NCBI RefSeq assembly: GCF_036321535.1
Contig: NC_087436.1
Coordinates: 86,306,001 to 86,370,000, forward strand
Reading direction: 5' to 3'
From: Camelus dromedarius
Lineage: Eukaryota
DNA length: 64,000 bases
Numbering within the stretch: position 1 is the first letter of the stretch; each line of letters opens with the position of its first letter. The notes beneath the pieces are model-generated. The model did not search any database, was not told where the DNA came from, and worked only from the letters and a program-made list of their open reading frames with translations. The position numbers and the translations under genes are program-made. Positions 1 to 12,190 of the stretch are shown piece after piece.

Positions 1-3000
1 TTTTAGTGATTCCTGACACCAACTAAATTTGTAGCAATGATAATTGTGATAACTTTTAAAGTATTTTCTTTGAAATCAAGTTAAGAATATCCTTTTCTTG
101 GTTTGACAGCATTTGGAAGCTATTTCAATGATTTTGTTTCTATTAAAAAGTATTAATGATTTTTAATCCAAGTGGAACTTAGTACTAATTATGATCAATT
201 TGGTAAATATGTATTAAGTGCTTACTATATATGTGGCACTGTGCCATGCTCCAGGCACAGACTGAATAAAGATCACCTCTGATCTTGCTGGAGCCTCTAG
301 TCTAGCCGGGGCTCCTTAGACTGGGGGCACTGGTCTCTCTATTGGAAGTTTGCCTGTGTGGGCTCCCCTCCATGCAGTAGCCTGACTCGGTAGATGATTC
401 TGATGCATCTTCATGTTCAAGACACCCTGGTGGAGGGCAGGTACCATTGGTACCCATCGCACACCTCAGCTTGAGGAGTTATCCAGGACTTTGAGAACTC
501 CGGAGACACCTCAGCTACCCTCTCCCTGCACGCAGCTCCTCCGGAGTCCAGGCAGGCTCCACCCTGAAGGGTGGTGTGAATGGGCTAGATCCGGAGACAG
601 GTCAGTTTATATCACAACCGATAAGAGCTAAGTATTCTTGCTAAAAATTCTAGAGGCCCAGAATTAACCTTGGGTCATGGGGAAACATCTTAATTTTAGA
701 GTTTTTAAAATCTGAAAAATTTGATTGGAAAAAAAACTATTTTTTTCATGCCTAACTTACCTCCTGACTCGCATAAGAATGAGAGAAGTCAGAAATCTTG
801 TCTTCTTAAATCAAACCTTTATATCTCTGGAAATGCCAAATATAGTAAGCACATAAGTGACCTGATAATACAGAATGCACTCTTGTGCTTCTGAACCAGC
901 CAAGTGCCAATGGGAGAATAGTCCCTAAATTCCAATTGTTTCCCACTCCATGGCTGCAAATTTCTGCAAACTGTTTCTGTGGCGATATTCCTGCCCCACC
1001 TTATTTTTTTCCCTCCAAAATAAAACGAAAACAATGATTCAAATGACTGGCTCTTCATTTCTAAGTAGCTTGGGTGAGGTCACTCCAGTGAGTTTTACTT
1101 TACACAATTTGAATCAAGTCAATCTGAAAAACAAGAGCAAGATTAAGCAATAATGGAGATTCATGTGTGTGTATGTGTGTGTGTGTTAGGGGTGGGTAAT
1201 TGGAACCATTTTTATAGAGCAGTGAGTAGTTAATAGACAGGCTAGTTGGTGATACCTTTCCATCGTATTTGAACTTATTATGTCAATGAGCCATCTTGAG
1301 CACTGGCTGTGCATATTACCCTATTCTAAGGGCATAAGAATTATTTTCCTACATAGCATGCAAACTCCTCAAGGAAAGATAGAGATTGTGTCTTTTTTTC
1401 TTATCTCCTCATGGAAAAAGGGGCCGAGGAGGTGAAAAGGGGTCGAGGGGAAGGAGGTGGGATTTTGGAGATAAGGACCTAGCCGTGCATGTTCAAGCAG
1501 TGTGATTTTTAGCACGGTGAAGATGCAGGTCAGTGAAACTGGCTAGAGAGCTGGCCATGGATCTAAAAATATATGATAATTGAATAAAAGATTATGTGAG
1601 CATCACAAAGGGAAAGGGAGAATTATTCAATAAATGATTTTGTATACAAAGACTAAAATTAGATAAAAAGCACTTTAGATTCATACCTGAAACCATACCC
1701 TGAAATGAGTTTAACCTGGCACTTGATCATTGTTCCTTAACCTTCTCTCTTTCTATGTGCCCATGTTCAGAGGCTCCCCCAGGCCCTACCCTGAGGCAGC
1801 GGATCAGCGGTGTGGCTGCTTTCGTACAAGTAAAGCATCACCAGTGCTACAGCAGTGGGATGACCCAGGAACGAACCCAGCTGAATTCTAGAGTGATGTG
1901 GTATTTGGGTAAAGGATAAACTGCAAATTGACTAGACCTCAGCTCGTGGGAAACCAAAAGAGGATAATCGCATTTATGATCTGGAAGGACAGGGGCATTT
2001 GGAAACCCTCGGCTACTCTGTTACTCTAACTCCTAAGAGAGAACCGGGCACACAGTGGGTGCTGAACAGGTGTTTGTGGACTAAATGATGTGTGTGTCTT
2101 GGTGCTGCACTGGGCAGACCTCACTGCAGATGGTTGTGGGTGTTGTTGTCTGAGTCCAGAGCTCCTGAAAGTATGAAGACTCTTCATACTCAAGGGACCC
2201 TGGGAGCTTTTCTCTGATATTTCAGAGTGGAATTTGGGACCAGTAGGAGCAAGACTGAGGATTAAACCCAGCATGTTAAAGACACAGGCAGAAGACCAGG
2301 GCCAAGATCAACTCCCAGGCTTCCAAGTGGCTGGCTGGATGCTGCTGCTGGCAGGAAATGTTGCCTGTTGCTCCAGCAAGATAATGGCACAGAAAATATT
2401 GGAAAGAAAGGGAAATGAGAGTTGGGTCTGGGCCTGCTTTCCTCACACTGACTGAACAGGCATTCAGCAGGCTTTGCTTCCTAAGTCCTCCCAAAAAACT
2501 GTCTCCGGCCAGGTCCTCTTTCCTCCCCTCCCCTCTGTCTGGAGTGTAAACCCAGCATTCTTCGGTCCCTGTATTGGAGCAAGGCGGATGATGGACACAT
2601 GTGGGCCAAATGCTGAAGCTTTGGTTGATCCCATCTTGGGAGAGATTATTTACTGGTTGGGATGGAGAGAGGGGGCTGGGAAGAAAATTCAAGTCTCATT
2701 CTTTAGTGATGTGGAAATGTATTGCCATTGGCTCTTAGGAGGTAACTCTCAGCCAGTTATGAAAAAATGTTTTCATTGGCAGGAGAGCACATCCATATAT
2801 ATGTGTGTCAACTTTGGGCAGACTGCAGAAATTTGTGGCTTCGGCTCTTCCTACTCTAGATTCTGTCTCGTGAATCCTACCAAAGGTCCAAGGTCTAGCT
2901 CAGGGCCTTTTTCCAACATGAGATTTTTTTTGACAACTCTGGTCCACACTGATTTATCCACGATCTCAGGTCAGGTTGCAATGACCATCTTCACCACAGT

Positions 3001-4888
3001 CAGGGCAGATTTACTGTGAAATGAAAGAGGCTTAGGCTTTAAAACTTCTAATAATGCGGTCCTTGCGTGGTTTCACGTGGTCATATGCTTTTGATAAAAT
3101 CGCAAATGTAAGCTATTTTAACTGCAGTGGGCTAAGGATATTGTCTTCTTCCCCCTCCATCAGTTTTCCCTTGAGGAGTTGCGTGTCAATGGAGAGGCCC
3201 TGAGCATGGTGGGGACTCCAGCTAAAGAGAAGCTGGGTTGGAGACTTATTTGGGGTTCAAGGGATCTATTCACGTGGTTCACACTTACTTCCATGTTAGC
3301 TTCTCTCGGGTAGAAACGGCTTCCAGGAATATGCCTGATGTCCTTGGTACAAACCCATCTGGCATCACAGGTCCTACTACAATATCAGTGTATCCCACTG
3401 CGCCTGACACTGGAAGAGAAGAGAGTCAAAATGTGCAGAAATAGAAGCTAGTGTGAGGGATGTTCTTTGAATCCTCAAATGTACAAAATTATACTTGGAA
3501 TATTTGGTTCTCATTGATGTCTACTCAAGACAGAAATTACCTTCAGGAAAATACTCAGTAGGGCAGTGGATACAATTATAACACACCATACTACTATGCT
3601 TTTAAAATGAGGATCAGTGCAAGATAGAACTGACCAGACTTCCTAGGGCACAAAACTGTAGCAATACTATAAACTGTGAAGGGGCATTTTTATGCCTCCT
3701 AGCATAAAAACTGACTGGGACCCCAACTGATTCCCATTGGACCAGTCTTAGCATATCTGAGACACCTTGTCCTGTTGAAGTCTGGCAATTCTAGAAAAAA
3801 AAAAAAGACATTCAAAATCTTCAAAATCATAGCAGAGCAACCTAAGTGTGACAAAACTCCCATGCATATTCATCTATAAGTTATTGCATATGGTTTAAAG
3901 CTAATTTGATTAAACAGTTATGTAGCTCAGTCCAATATAATGGCATTTCAAAGTGCATTTGAATTGTTTTCTCTTCTCTTCGTGACAATGATAGTACAGA
4001 ATTATTGCCATTTGCAGAGATGATCACACAAAGAATATACAACAAAATAGGAAAAGTATACTAGAGGTATATACTACATAATTTTTCACTTTTTTATGTT
4101 TGCCTTATTTGTCATCTTCTAAAAATTTGTAATTTGTTGTGATTTCTTTTTTCAATGAAAATTTATTTTACTTTCATACATAATTTTGTATTCCTGATTT
4201 GAGTTTTTTTCTTTTTTTTTAACATTTTTTATTGATTTATAATCATTTTACAATGTTGTGTCAAATTCCAGTGTTCAGCACAATTTTTCAGTCATTCATG
4301 GACATATACACACTCATTGTCACATTTTTTTCTCTGTGAGTTATCATAACATTTTGTGTATACTTCCCTGTGCTATACAGTATAATCTTGTTTATCTATT
4401 CTACAATTTTGAAATCCCAGTCTATCCCTTCCCACCCTCCACCCCCCTGGTAACCACAAGTCTGTATTCTCTGTCTGTGAGTCTATTTCTGTCCTGTATT
4501 TACGCTTTGTTTTTGTTTGTTTGTTTGTTTGTTTGTTTGTTTTTGTTTTTGTTTTTTAGATTCCACATATGAGCGATCTCATATGGTATTTTTCTTTCTC
4601 TTTCTGGCTTACTTCACTTAGAATGACATTCTCCAGGAGCATCCATGTTGCTGCAAATGGCATTATGTTGTCGATTTTTATGGCTGAGTAGTATTCCATT
4701 GTATAAATATACCACATCTTCTTTATCCGGTCACCTGTTGATGGACATTTAGGCTGTTTCCATGTTTTGGCTATTGCAAATAGTGCTGCTATGAACATTG
4801 GGGTGCAGGTGTTGAGTTTTTTTCTTAAAGAAACACCCCCCTCTTCATGTATAAACTTTAAGACCTGTGTAATCTGAATTGGCCCTTG
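3001..4888. mobile_element. Ancient non-autonomous hAT-superfamily DNA transposon (Tip100-like termini), interrupted by a young L1
   Basis: The left end CAGGGCAGATTTA (3001) and right end TGAATTGGCCCTTG (ends 4888; reverse complement CAAGGGCCAATTCA) form degenerate TIRs. Flanks are ACCACAGT (2993-3000) and ACTACAGT (4889-4896), an 8-bp TSD with 1 mismatch, the length typical of hAT. Confidence 0.7.
4214..4811 (-). mobile_element. Young 5'-truncated LINE-1 (ORF2 C-terminus, 3'UTR, polyA)
   Basis: ORF 4556..4903(-) contains [24 protein letters not shown]...WYIYTMEYYSAIK...FAATWM, the L1 ORF2p C-terminus. T-rich tail at left. Perfect 15-bp TSD TTGAGTTTTTTTCTT at 4199-4213 and 4812-4826. Confidence 0.95.
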
Positions 4889-5119
4889 ACTACAGTTGAG
4901 CAATTTCTTATTCTCTCTTATATTATTCTTATAAAAGTCATTGAATTTTATAGGTAACCATAACAGTTTATGTATGGGAAATGATTTTCAACAAGTGCAG
5001 AGCTTTGTGTAGAAAGTAAATAATGTAGTTTCCTAATATTTCTTGCTCCCCAGGGATAAGCAATGTTAATTTGATGTCCATCCTCAAATGTCTTTTTAAA
5101 AAAAAGGTTTTGGAGCCAG

Positions 5120-5335
5120 TTCATGGTGATTAAGTGTGGGCTTTGGAGCTAGCTGCCTGCATTTGACTTCCACCTCTACCCCCGTGACCTTGGGAAAATT
5201 ACTAAATCTCTTACTGCCTCTTCTGGAGAGGGAGGGTTTGATTGGTCTGTACCTGTCTCTTAGGAGTGTTGGGGGAAGAGGTGAGGGCTTAGAACAGCAT
5301 CTGACATGCTGTTCTTATCATATGTTAGTTTTATT
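5120..5335 (+). mobile_element. MIR SINE
   Basis: Diverged MIR core: ggctttggagctagctgcctg...gtgaccttgggaaaattactaaatctc...gcttagaacagcatctgaca. Confidence 0.7.
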
Positions 5336-5475
5336 TGGAAAGTGAATATGTTGCAAGTTCTTATCAGTTATTTTATGACCAAGTATATTGCTCTCCCTTT
5401 CCCCAAGACTGTAAGTTTGGGCACTAATGGAAAACATCTTTCCAATCGCCTAACTCCTCAGGATTGAGAGGCCGT

Positions 5476-5493
5476 GAGCGCCCTCTAGCTGCA
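5476..5493 (-). promoter_or_regulatory. Candidate CTCF binding motif
   Basis: The minus strand reads TGCAGCTAGAGGGCGCTC, close to the CTCF core CCASYAGRKGGCRS. It lies in apparently unique, CpG-retaining sequence. Motif match only. Confidence 0.5.
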
Positions 5494-6569
5494 GCATCTG
5501 TGGTTCGGCTGACCACCAGACGCAGTTCCGCTGATCTGGCTGTTCTGGCTCAGTGAGTAATGTGAGATTTGCCAGAAACTAGAGGGCGGCTGTGAATGTG
5601 ACAGAAATCCAGACCCAACATAGTGGGAGGCACTCCTGAGAAGCTAGAGATCCATCAGAAACAGACAAGTCTCTGAAATGTGACGAGATGATGTCCAGAA
5701 GCAAACAGGACAGAGCTGGATTTACACACAGCTTCGAGGAGCACACAGTAAACACTTGTCTCCGCATTCCATTGAAACAGCACCCAGAAGTGTCGATAAA
5801 ACGGTCCTCAAGGAAGGCCTGGAGAAATGGGGAAAGGGGAATGGACTTTCCCAAGATAACACAGCTCCACGATTACCTACAGGAGGAGCTACAGGGAGAA
5901 AAAAAAAAAAAAAAAGGACAAGATGATAAAAGATCAAGGGATAAAGAGATTTTGGGGGGGAAGATTGTTCCTTAGGAAACAGACACTGACTGACTAATCA
6001 ATTACAGGCTTTGTAATGGAGTACTCAATAGCTATTCAGCCCTCCCCCAAATTCACAATCTGGTATTACATGAAAACAAACAAACAAACAAAGAAAACTT
6101 GTTCTAGCAGACTATGAACCTAGTTTTGTTAAAAAAAATTTTTTATGTGTGCACAAGACTAGAAAAAAAGACAGAAAGAAAAATAGTGAAATATAAACTG
6201 TGGTTATTTGGGGAAATGTAATTTTGTGGGAAGCGTTTGTTCCCTGTGCTGTTATGGAATCCCTCCCTCCAATTATAATAAATATGTGTCTCTTTTGTAA
6301 TTGGAAAAATGCATATTTAAAAACAATTTATTAGATATTTTTAAAATTTAATGTAGTTCTTTGCATTCTTGTTTCTATAATTAAAAGAAATTATTTAGTC
6401 CAGTAGTAAATTGTAGTTATAGGAGTTTAAAAATAACTTGCCTTGCAAAAGTATTTATATATCCCCCAAAATGCAGTATAAAGCTTCACATAGTCTAGAA
6501 TCAATGCCTGCAAATCAAAACTATTGACTGACCTGTTGAGCTATGAATAAGAAGTCTTTCCAGCATATC

Positions 6570-7575
6570 AAATTAAAAACCATAAAAGACAAGATAGATC
6601 AAATTTGACAGTATAAAAATTTATATTTCTCTTCAAGAACGTCTACCCATAAAGAAAGTTGCAAAATAATCAAATTGGGGAAAATACTTGCAACATACAT
6701 GACAAAGGATTTAAGATCCATTACAATATATAGACGTCCAACAAATCAATGAGAAGCTAATTTTTTTTTAAGGTAGAAAGTTATGTAACAATCAGTTCAC
6801 TAAATTAGAAATCCAGGTGGTTATTGAACACATGAAAAATGCCAATCATGAAAGTCATTTTAAAATGAACATTTAAAAAACATAACTTTTTATCTACTAG
6901 ATTGGCAAAGAATAAAGAGAATGATGTTTATTGTTGACTGAGATGTGGGTAAATATATATCTCGTACACTGCTGGTAGAAAAAGAAATTGTCATGACCTT
7001 TTCTTGGAGAGCAGTTTGGCAATAACTTTCAAATTTGTAACATGCTTTTGCTTTGATCCATCAAATTCCTATAGAACTTTCTATAGAAATTCTTGAACAA
7101 GGACCCGAAGATGCATGTGAAAAGGTTATATTTTATATAAAAGATTACTATTATATTATTATAGTTTGACTTGCTATAGGAAAGAAAGAAAAAGGAAACT
7201 AAAAGTCCACTAATACAGAACTGCTTTCTCTCCAGCATCTAGCACATTAACTGCTGCATAGTAGGTACACAATAAATATTTATTGAATGATTACATAGAC
7301 TTTTCAGATATTAAACAGAATGAAGTACTAATTGGAGAAATACCTGGAGGAAGAAAAAAGAACAGGCGAAAAGTTGGAGATCTCTATGTATTTTATCTAT
7401 CTGCCCATCTAATATGTCTATTAAAAAAATGTCTGGAAGAACAGTCAAACTCTTAGTAGGTATTGCTGAGGGTGGGAGGGAAATAGGCACTAAAATTGTC
7501 TGCTTTATACACTCTGTCTTCTTTGATTTTTTTATAGCTATATGTTACTTTTGTAATTAGAAAATAAAATCTTTT
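6570..7575 (+). mobile_element. Ancient L1M (L1ME-like) ORF2 3' part and 3'UTR, with a small L2 tail near 7230-7295
   Basis: A-rich decayed L1 motifs: ggggaaaatacttgcaacatacatgacaaagg, ctactagattggcaaagaat, acactgctggtag...ttggagagcagtttggcaata, tttgatccatcaaattcct. Confidence 0.7.
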
Positions 7576-8554
7576 CATATTAAAAAATCCAAACGCCTGC
7601 ACCTGGAGTGTGTCCCTGCAAAGCTTTGCCAGCCCCTTTTCCCATCAAAATATCCATCTAATTACATCAAATGTCTTGAAACTCCTCATCTGGAGCTTAT
7701 TTGTCTTTCTCTGGTATTTTTTTTTTTTAGCTCAGACTTGGATGTGGATCTTAGTTAGGAACTTAGCTTCCTTAGTTGTAGCTGTGGGGTGACCACGATG
7801 ACAAAGAACTGCTCCCAGTCCTCGTTCACAAGGAAAAGCGTGAATTATCATTAGACCTCTATACCTCACAGCTGCCCAACAGCAAGTGTCTGTGACTTCT
7901 TTCCTTATTCCCCCTCACCGCACTTCCCCTGGGGAGTAGGGCAAAGAGCCACGTCCTGAATTCTGCTCTCACAGACCTCATGGTCTAGTGTGATAGGTTG
8001 AACTGGACAGCTGCCACGGGTCATCACGGGGAGATGACTTCCAGCTGGGCCGGGGAGGGCATGGACGCGTGCTTGTGGGCTCGCGTGCTTGCAGGCTCAC
8101 AGGATCGAAATTGTTGTGGGGAAAGATACTCTGCACAGGTGGGTCTGCAGTAAGGCCAAGCCAAGTAGGAACACGATCTTGCTCCCATTTTGCCACCCTC
8201 AGTCGCTGTGCTGACCTGAAGGGCTTCTGTTGCCTGGTTCCCTCGGCTCCCACCCCAGGATATCTGGTCTCAACAGAGGCTTCTCTGTCCTCTCTCGCCG
8301 CCCCAAAGGTCGTGACTTTCTGCACCTGCCTCAGGTACTGCTGGCTTTTTGTTATTTTTCTAGCTGATTGTTGGTTAATTCATTCAGTTGTTTCTTGCCA
8401 AAAGTTCCTCGGAGATTCAGAAACCTGCACTCCTCTAAAATAACTAACTCCTGGTCACTGCCTGACCTCCAGCTGGTTCTGTTCTGAACCTTGGATCAGT
8501 CAGGCCACCACTCTGCGTGTGTCCCCTCCTCTCTGATGATAACAGTGGTGACGA

Positions 8555-8900
8555 TGCCTGGGTAGATCAGAGTCCCTAGAAATGGAGACTGAGATGGAGA
8601 TTCTGGTGTGAGGGAGTGATGGGGTTGCCCTCGGGAGATGGGGGTGAGGAGGCAGGACGGGGAAGGGGAGTGTGCCCAGATGGACTCCAGCTCAGTCTGC
8701 TCCCACGGGGCTCTGGAGCACGGACTGCACCTTGAGGTGGGGGCTTTCTAGCCCCTGGCAGCCAGGCATTGAGTATGAGCAGCGCAGGGGCAGCTTGGCA
8801 CAGGGTACCCAGAGGGAAACTGTCTGTGTGCGTGAGGCTGAGGACAAGTCTCCAAAGGAAGGGTGTGGGTGGGACTGTTTGCAGCCAACCTCACTGCAGT
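8555..8900. mobile_element. Old ERVL-type LTR fragment (LTR16-like)
   Basis: gggtagatcagagtccctagaaatggagactgagatggagattctggtgtgagggagtgat resembles the LTR16 terminus. Heavily diverged. Confidence 0.45.
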
Positions 8901-8974
8901 GGGGATGGATGTATGGGGGTGGGGAAATGGGCCAGGCGTTCAGGGTGTCACTGCACTGACAATGATAAACTCCA

Positions 8975-9175
8975 GCATTCACTGAGCACTTCCTTTACAC
9001 CAGGCGTGTTTTATGTACCGTATGTATGCTAACGTCTTATGCTCACCGGCCACCCTTAGAAACAGATCTATTATTCTGTTATGTGCATTTTACACATGAA
9101 GGAGCTGAGGTACAGAGAGGTTAAGTAACTTACCCAAGGCCACACAACTAGTAAGAAGTAGAACTGGGCTGGGAA
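8975..9175 (-). mobile_element. MIR SINE
   Basis: gctgaggtacagagaggttaagtaacttacccaaggccacacaactagtaag is the antisense MIR core. Confidence 0.85.
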
Positions 9176-11996
9176 AAATGATCTCTAATGTCTTTCTGTG
9201 ACCCTATAGAAGAGTCACTTTAGTTAGCAAATTGAGAATGAGGTCATTTCTTTATTCAGTCAGTTAGCCATTCATCCTCCGTTTATTGAGAGCCTCCCAC
9301 GGACCAGAAACTACAAAAATCAATCAACCCCTCCTGCAGCCATCCAGGAACTTACACCGTGGGGAGACACGCTGTGTGCAGGACCTTACTAGGGGACAGT
9401 GCCCTGGGCCCCCGGGGAGAGGGAAGGACAGACATTGAAAGGAGTGCCTCAAGAAAAAGACAAGGATCCAGTTTGGTCTGGAGAGATGAGCAGATACGGA
9501 AGTTTGAAGGAAGGAGCAGGGCTTTTCTGATAGTGGGAACACTGCAGGCAAAGGCAAGGAGGGATGAAAGCAGGGGGAGGGTGGCCAGTGTTTGGAGACA
9601 GGCTGGGTGGCGTTAGGTTGTGAGGGGCCTGGAGGGTCAGGGTAGATGGTTCAGAGCTTTGTCTGCTTGGCCAGCCTGTGGTCCATCTTCAACTCAAACA
9701 AGCTGGCTCAGTGCACAGGGCCAAGGGTGACTGTCTCAGGCTTAGAATTCTGATGACCTGGGCCTGGACCAGGAGAGATGCCCCTCCTGCCCCTGACACA
9801 GCCTGGTGCTGCCATCTCCCTGAGCCAGAGGGAGCTGGAAAAGTGATGAAGAGCAAGGGCCATAGGCAGGTAGGGGTGAAATTCCAGAGATGATGGCCAC
9901 AGGGGTGACTTTGGAATTGGCTCGATAAGAAAACTGAATTTTATAATCAAAAAAGGAGTTCCAGGAGAGGTCCCCTGTCTCTGCAGCTATCTTGGGCACC
10001 TTTTTTTAAACAAACAAGGAGCACAGTGCATAGTTCTTATCTTTCCATTCACCCTGTGGAAATCTAATTGTGATTCTCTGTAGGTCTCGCACACACCCAC
10101 CTTTATCAAAGCATTTGCTTGGGGCTAGGTGACCGCCTGCGGGGAGGTGGGCGTGGTGGCCAAGCCAGATGAAGTTCACAGCGCCCTCCCAGGTGACTGT
10201 CTGGGTATTGTTGTGATTCAACTATTTACCAAGGAACCAGGGTCAAGGGAAAACATTGCCAAGAAACACCTTCTTCGTCTCACCATTAAAGGATCGATGT
10301 AATTAGTTCAGTTTTCAGAGGGGGTGTGTGACCTTGCAATTACTAAGAACCTCTAAGAAAGCAGCAAGCTTTCTTTAATTCAACATTGTATCTTCAGCGC
10401 CTTGCTCGGTACCTGGCAAGCAGTAGGTACTTAATAAATGTTGATTGCTCCTTTTGAAAATAGGAGCCTTTGTTTTTCCCTGTCTCTGTCTAATGACGGT
10501 ATGAAACCTGTGGATGAATCCTAGCATCTCAGAGCTTTACAAGCTCGCCTGACTTCCAGGTGTACAGTAGGCCTAAGTTGTAAAGGTTAATACTGATTGA
10601 GTGCTACATGCCTGGCTCTGTGCTAAAAGCTGTAATAATAATAATAGTAATGAAATTATACATAATACTTAGAGAAGGTTTAATGGTAAGTGCTTTACGT
10701 GTAGTAGCTCATTTAATCCTGGCAAGAACTTTGAAGTAGGTATTACTATCCTCATTTTTCTCATTGGAAGATGAGGTTCATGGAGTTGTGTGACTTGCCC
10801 AAGGTCACTTGAGGACTCCACATCTATGGTGTGGAAGAAGAGTGTTTAGGTCTGTCCTAGACCCAGCTCGCTCCTGGGGGTGGGATCACAAGGGTTCCCA
10901 GAGCCTCCCTTGATGTTCGATGCCCCCGCCCAGATGCCTTGCCCAGGGGCTTCAGGTGTAGGGTGAATATGGAAGACTTCCCTGGAGCCATCCCGGTACT
11001 GCTTAAACCATTGCTCTGGGCCTGGAAGGCAGAATTGTGCCTTGAATCATTTCCTGGGATGCCTGTTTAATGGCCTCAAACCTATTTGTGTCTCCTTTTA
11101 GGGTGGCCACTTAAAAAAGATTCCCAGTGGACTTCTGGGAGCAGCTAAGCCCAGTGGATGAGATGCGGGACAAAACGGCTCTATGCATTTTCTGGAAAAA
11201 GAGCAGCCATGTCTCTGAAGCCCTGGGCTTCCTTTTAGTGACATGACCTTTGTGGCCAAACAGGGGCTTCTCTGCAGATCTGAACAGAGGTGGCACCTTT
11301 GGAAGAAGGGAAGGTCTTCTGAGAGGTCAAGGGGCAGGCAGCGCTCACCTGGACTTAATTTCTGGGAGTTGGTTTAGATAATCTGTTCTCCCTACACATT
11401 CTGTCCCATGTAGACTGTAAGCAACCCGAGGACTAGCACAGAGGCAGGCCCCAACAGCCCACACTGCCCGGGTGGACACAGGATCACAATAAAGATCTGG
11501 CTTCAAATGGTTCTGAATTCCCTTTGGTTGGCTTTCTCTTCACTTTATGCAATTTGATATTGATTTTAACCTTAAACTTTTCTTCATTTGCTGTTTTTGC
11601 AAACCCTCTGAAACACCTTTCAGTGAACTCCTCAGGGCTGAACAGCTTGTGTGAAAGTTTCCCAAGTTAGGAGGCTTCACAGTCCTGGAGAAAGCTGATG
11701 TGGTGGTTGAGTGCTCGGTGGTCTCCCCATAATCATTTGCCGATTACATGAATGAACAGATATTTTAATATGTTAATTAAACCATTGCCAATGTTGAGAC
11801 ATGAGTCGAAGAGCAAGGGATTCTTTTCCAAACAGGGACAAGTAAAATTTGCCTGAAAAAAAAGGAGTGAGATAAAGGGACAAATCAAGGCAAACTCTTA
11901 GGTTTGGGGTCTGAGCCGCTCGTGAGAGACGGCAGCTTTTAGGGAAGACTTGAGGAGAAGTGGATTTGGGGCACCAACATGAAGAGTCCTGTTTTC

Positions 11997-12190
11997 AGGT
12001 TTCTCAGCCTCGGCATTGTTGGGGCCGCTTGATTCTTGGTATGGGGGGCTGTCCTGTGTGTTGTTGGATGCTTAACAGCCTCTCTGCTCCTGGTGCTGGT
12101 AGCGTATCTTCTCCCTCGGCTGTGACTCCCAAAGTATCTCTCGACGTGGCTAAATGTCCCTGGGGCGGGGACAAAACCACTGGGTTGGAG
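11997..12190 (-). mobile_element. MER20 (hAT-Charlie) DNA transposon
   Basis: tttctcagcctcggcattg...ggggggctgtcctgtgtgttg...cccaaagtatctctcgacgtggctaaatgtccctgggg matches antisense MER20. Confidence 0.8.

Noticed and set aside
2474..3019. 181-aa plus-strand ORF
   Set aside because: It has a non-ATG start, no recognisable domain and no splice context, and it runs into the hAT terminus. Consistent with a chance ORF.
5688..5975. 95-aa ATG ORF with a lysine run
   Set aside because: The lysines come from a genomic A-tract, and I recognise no homology.
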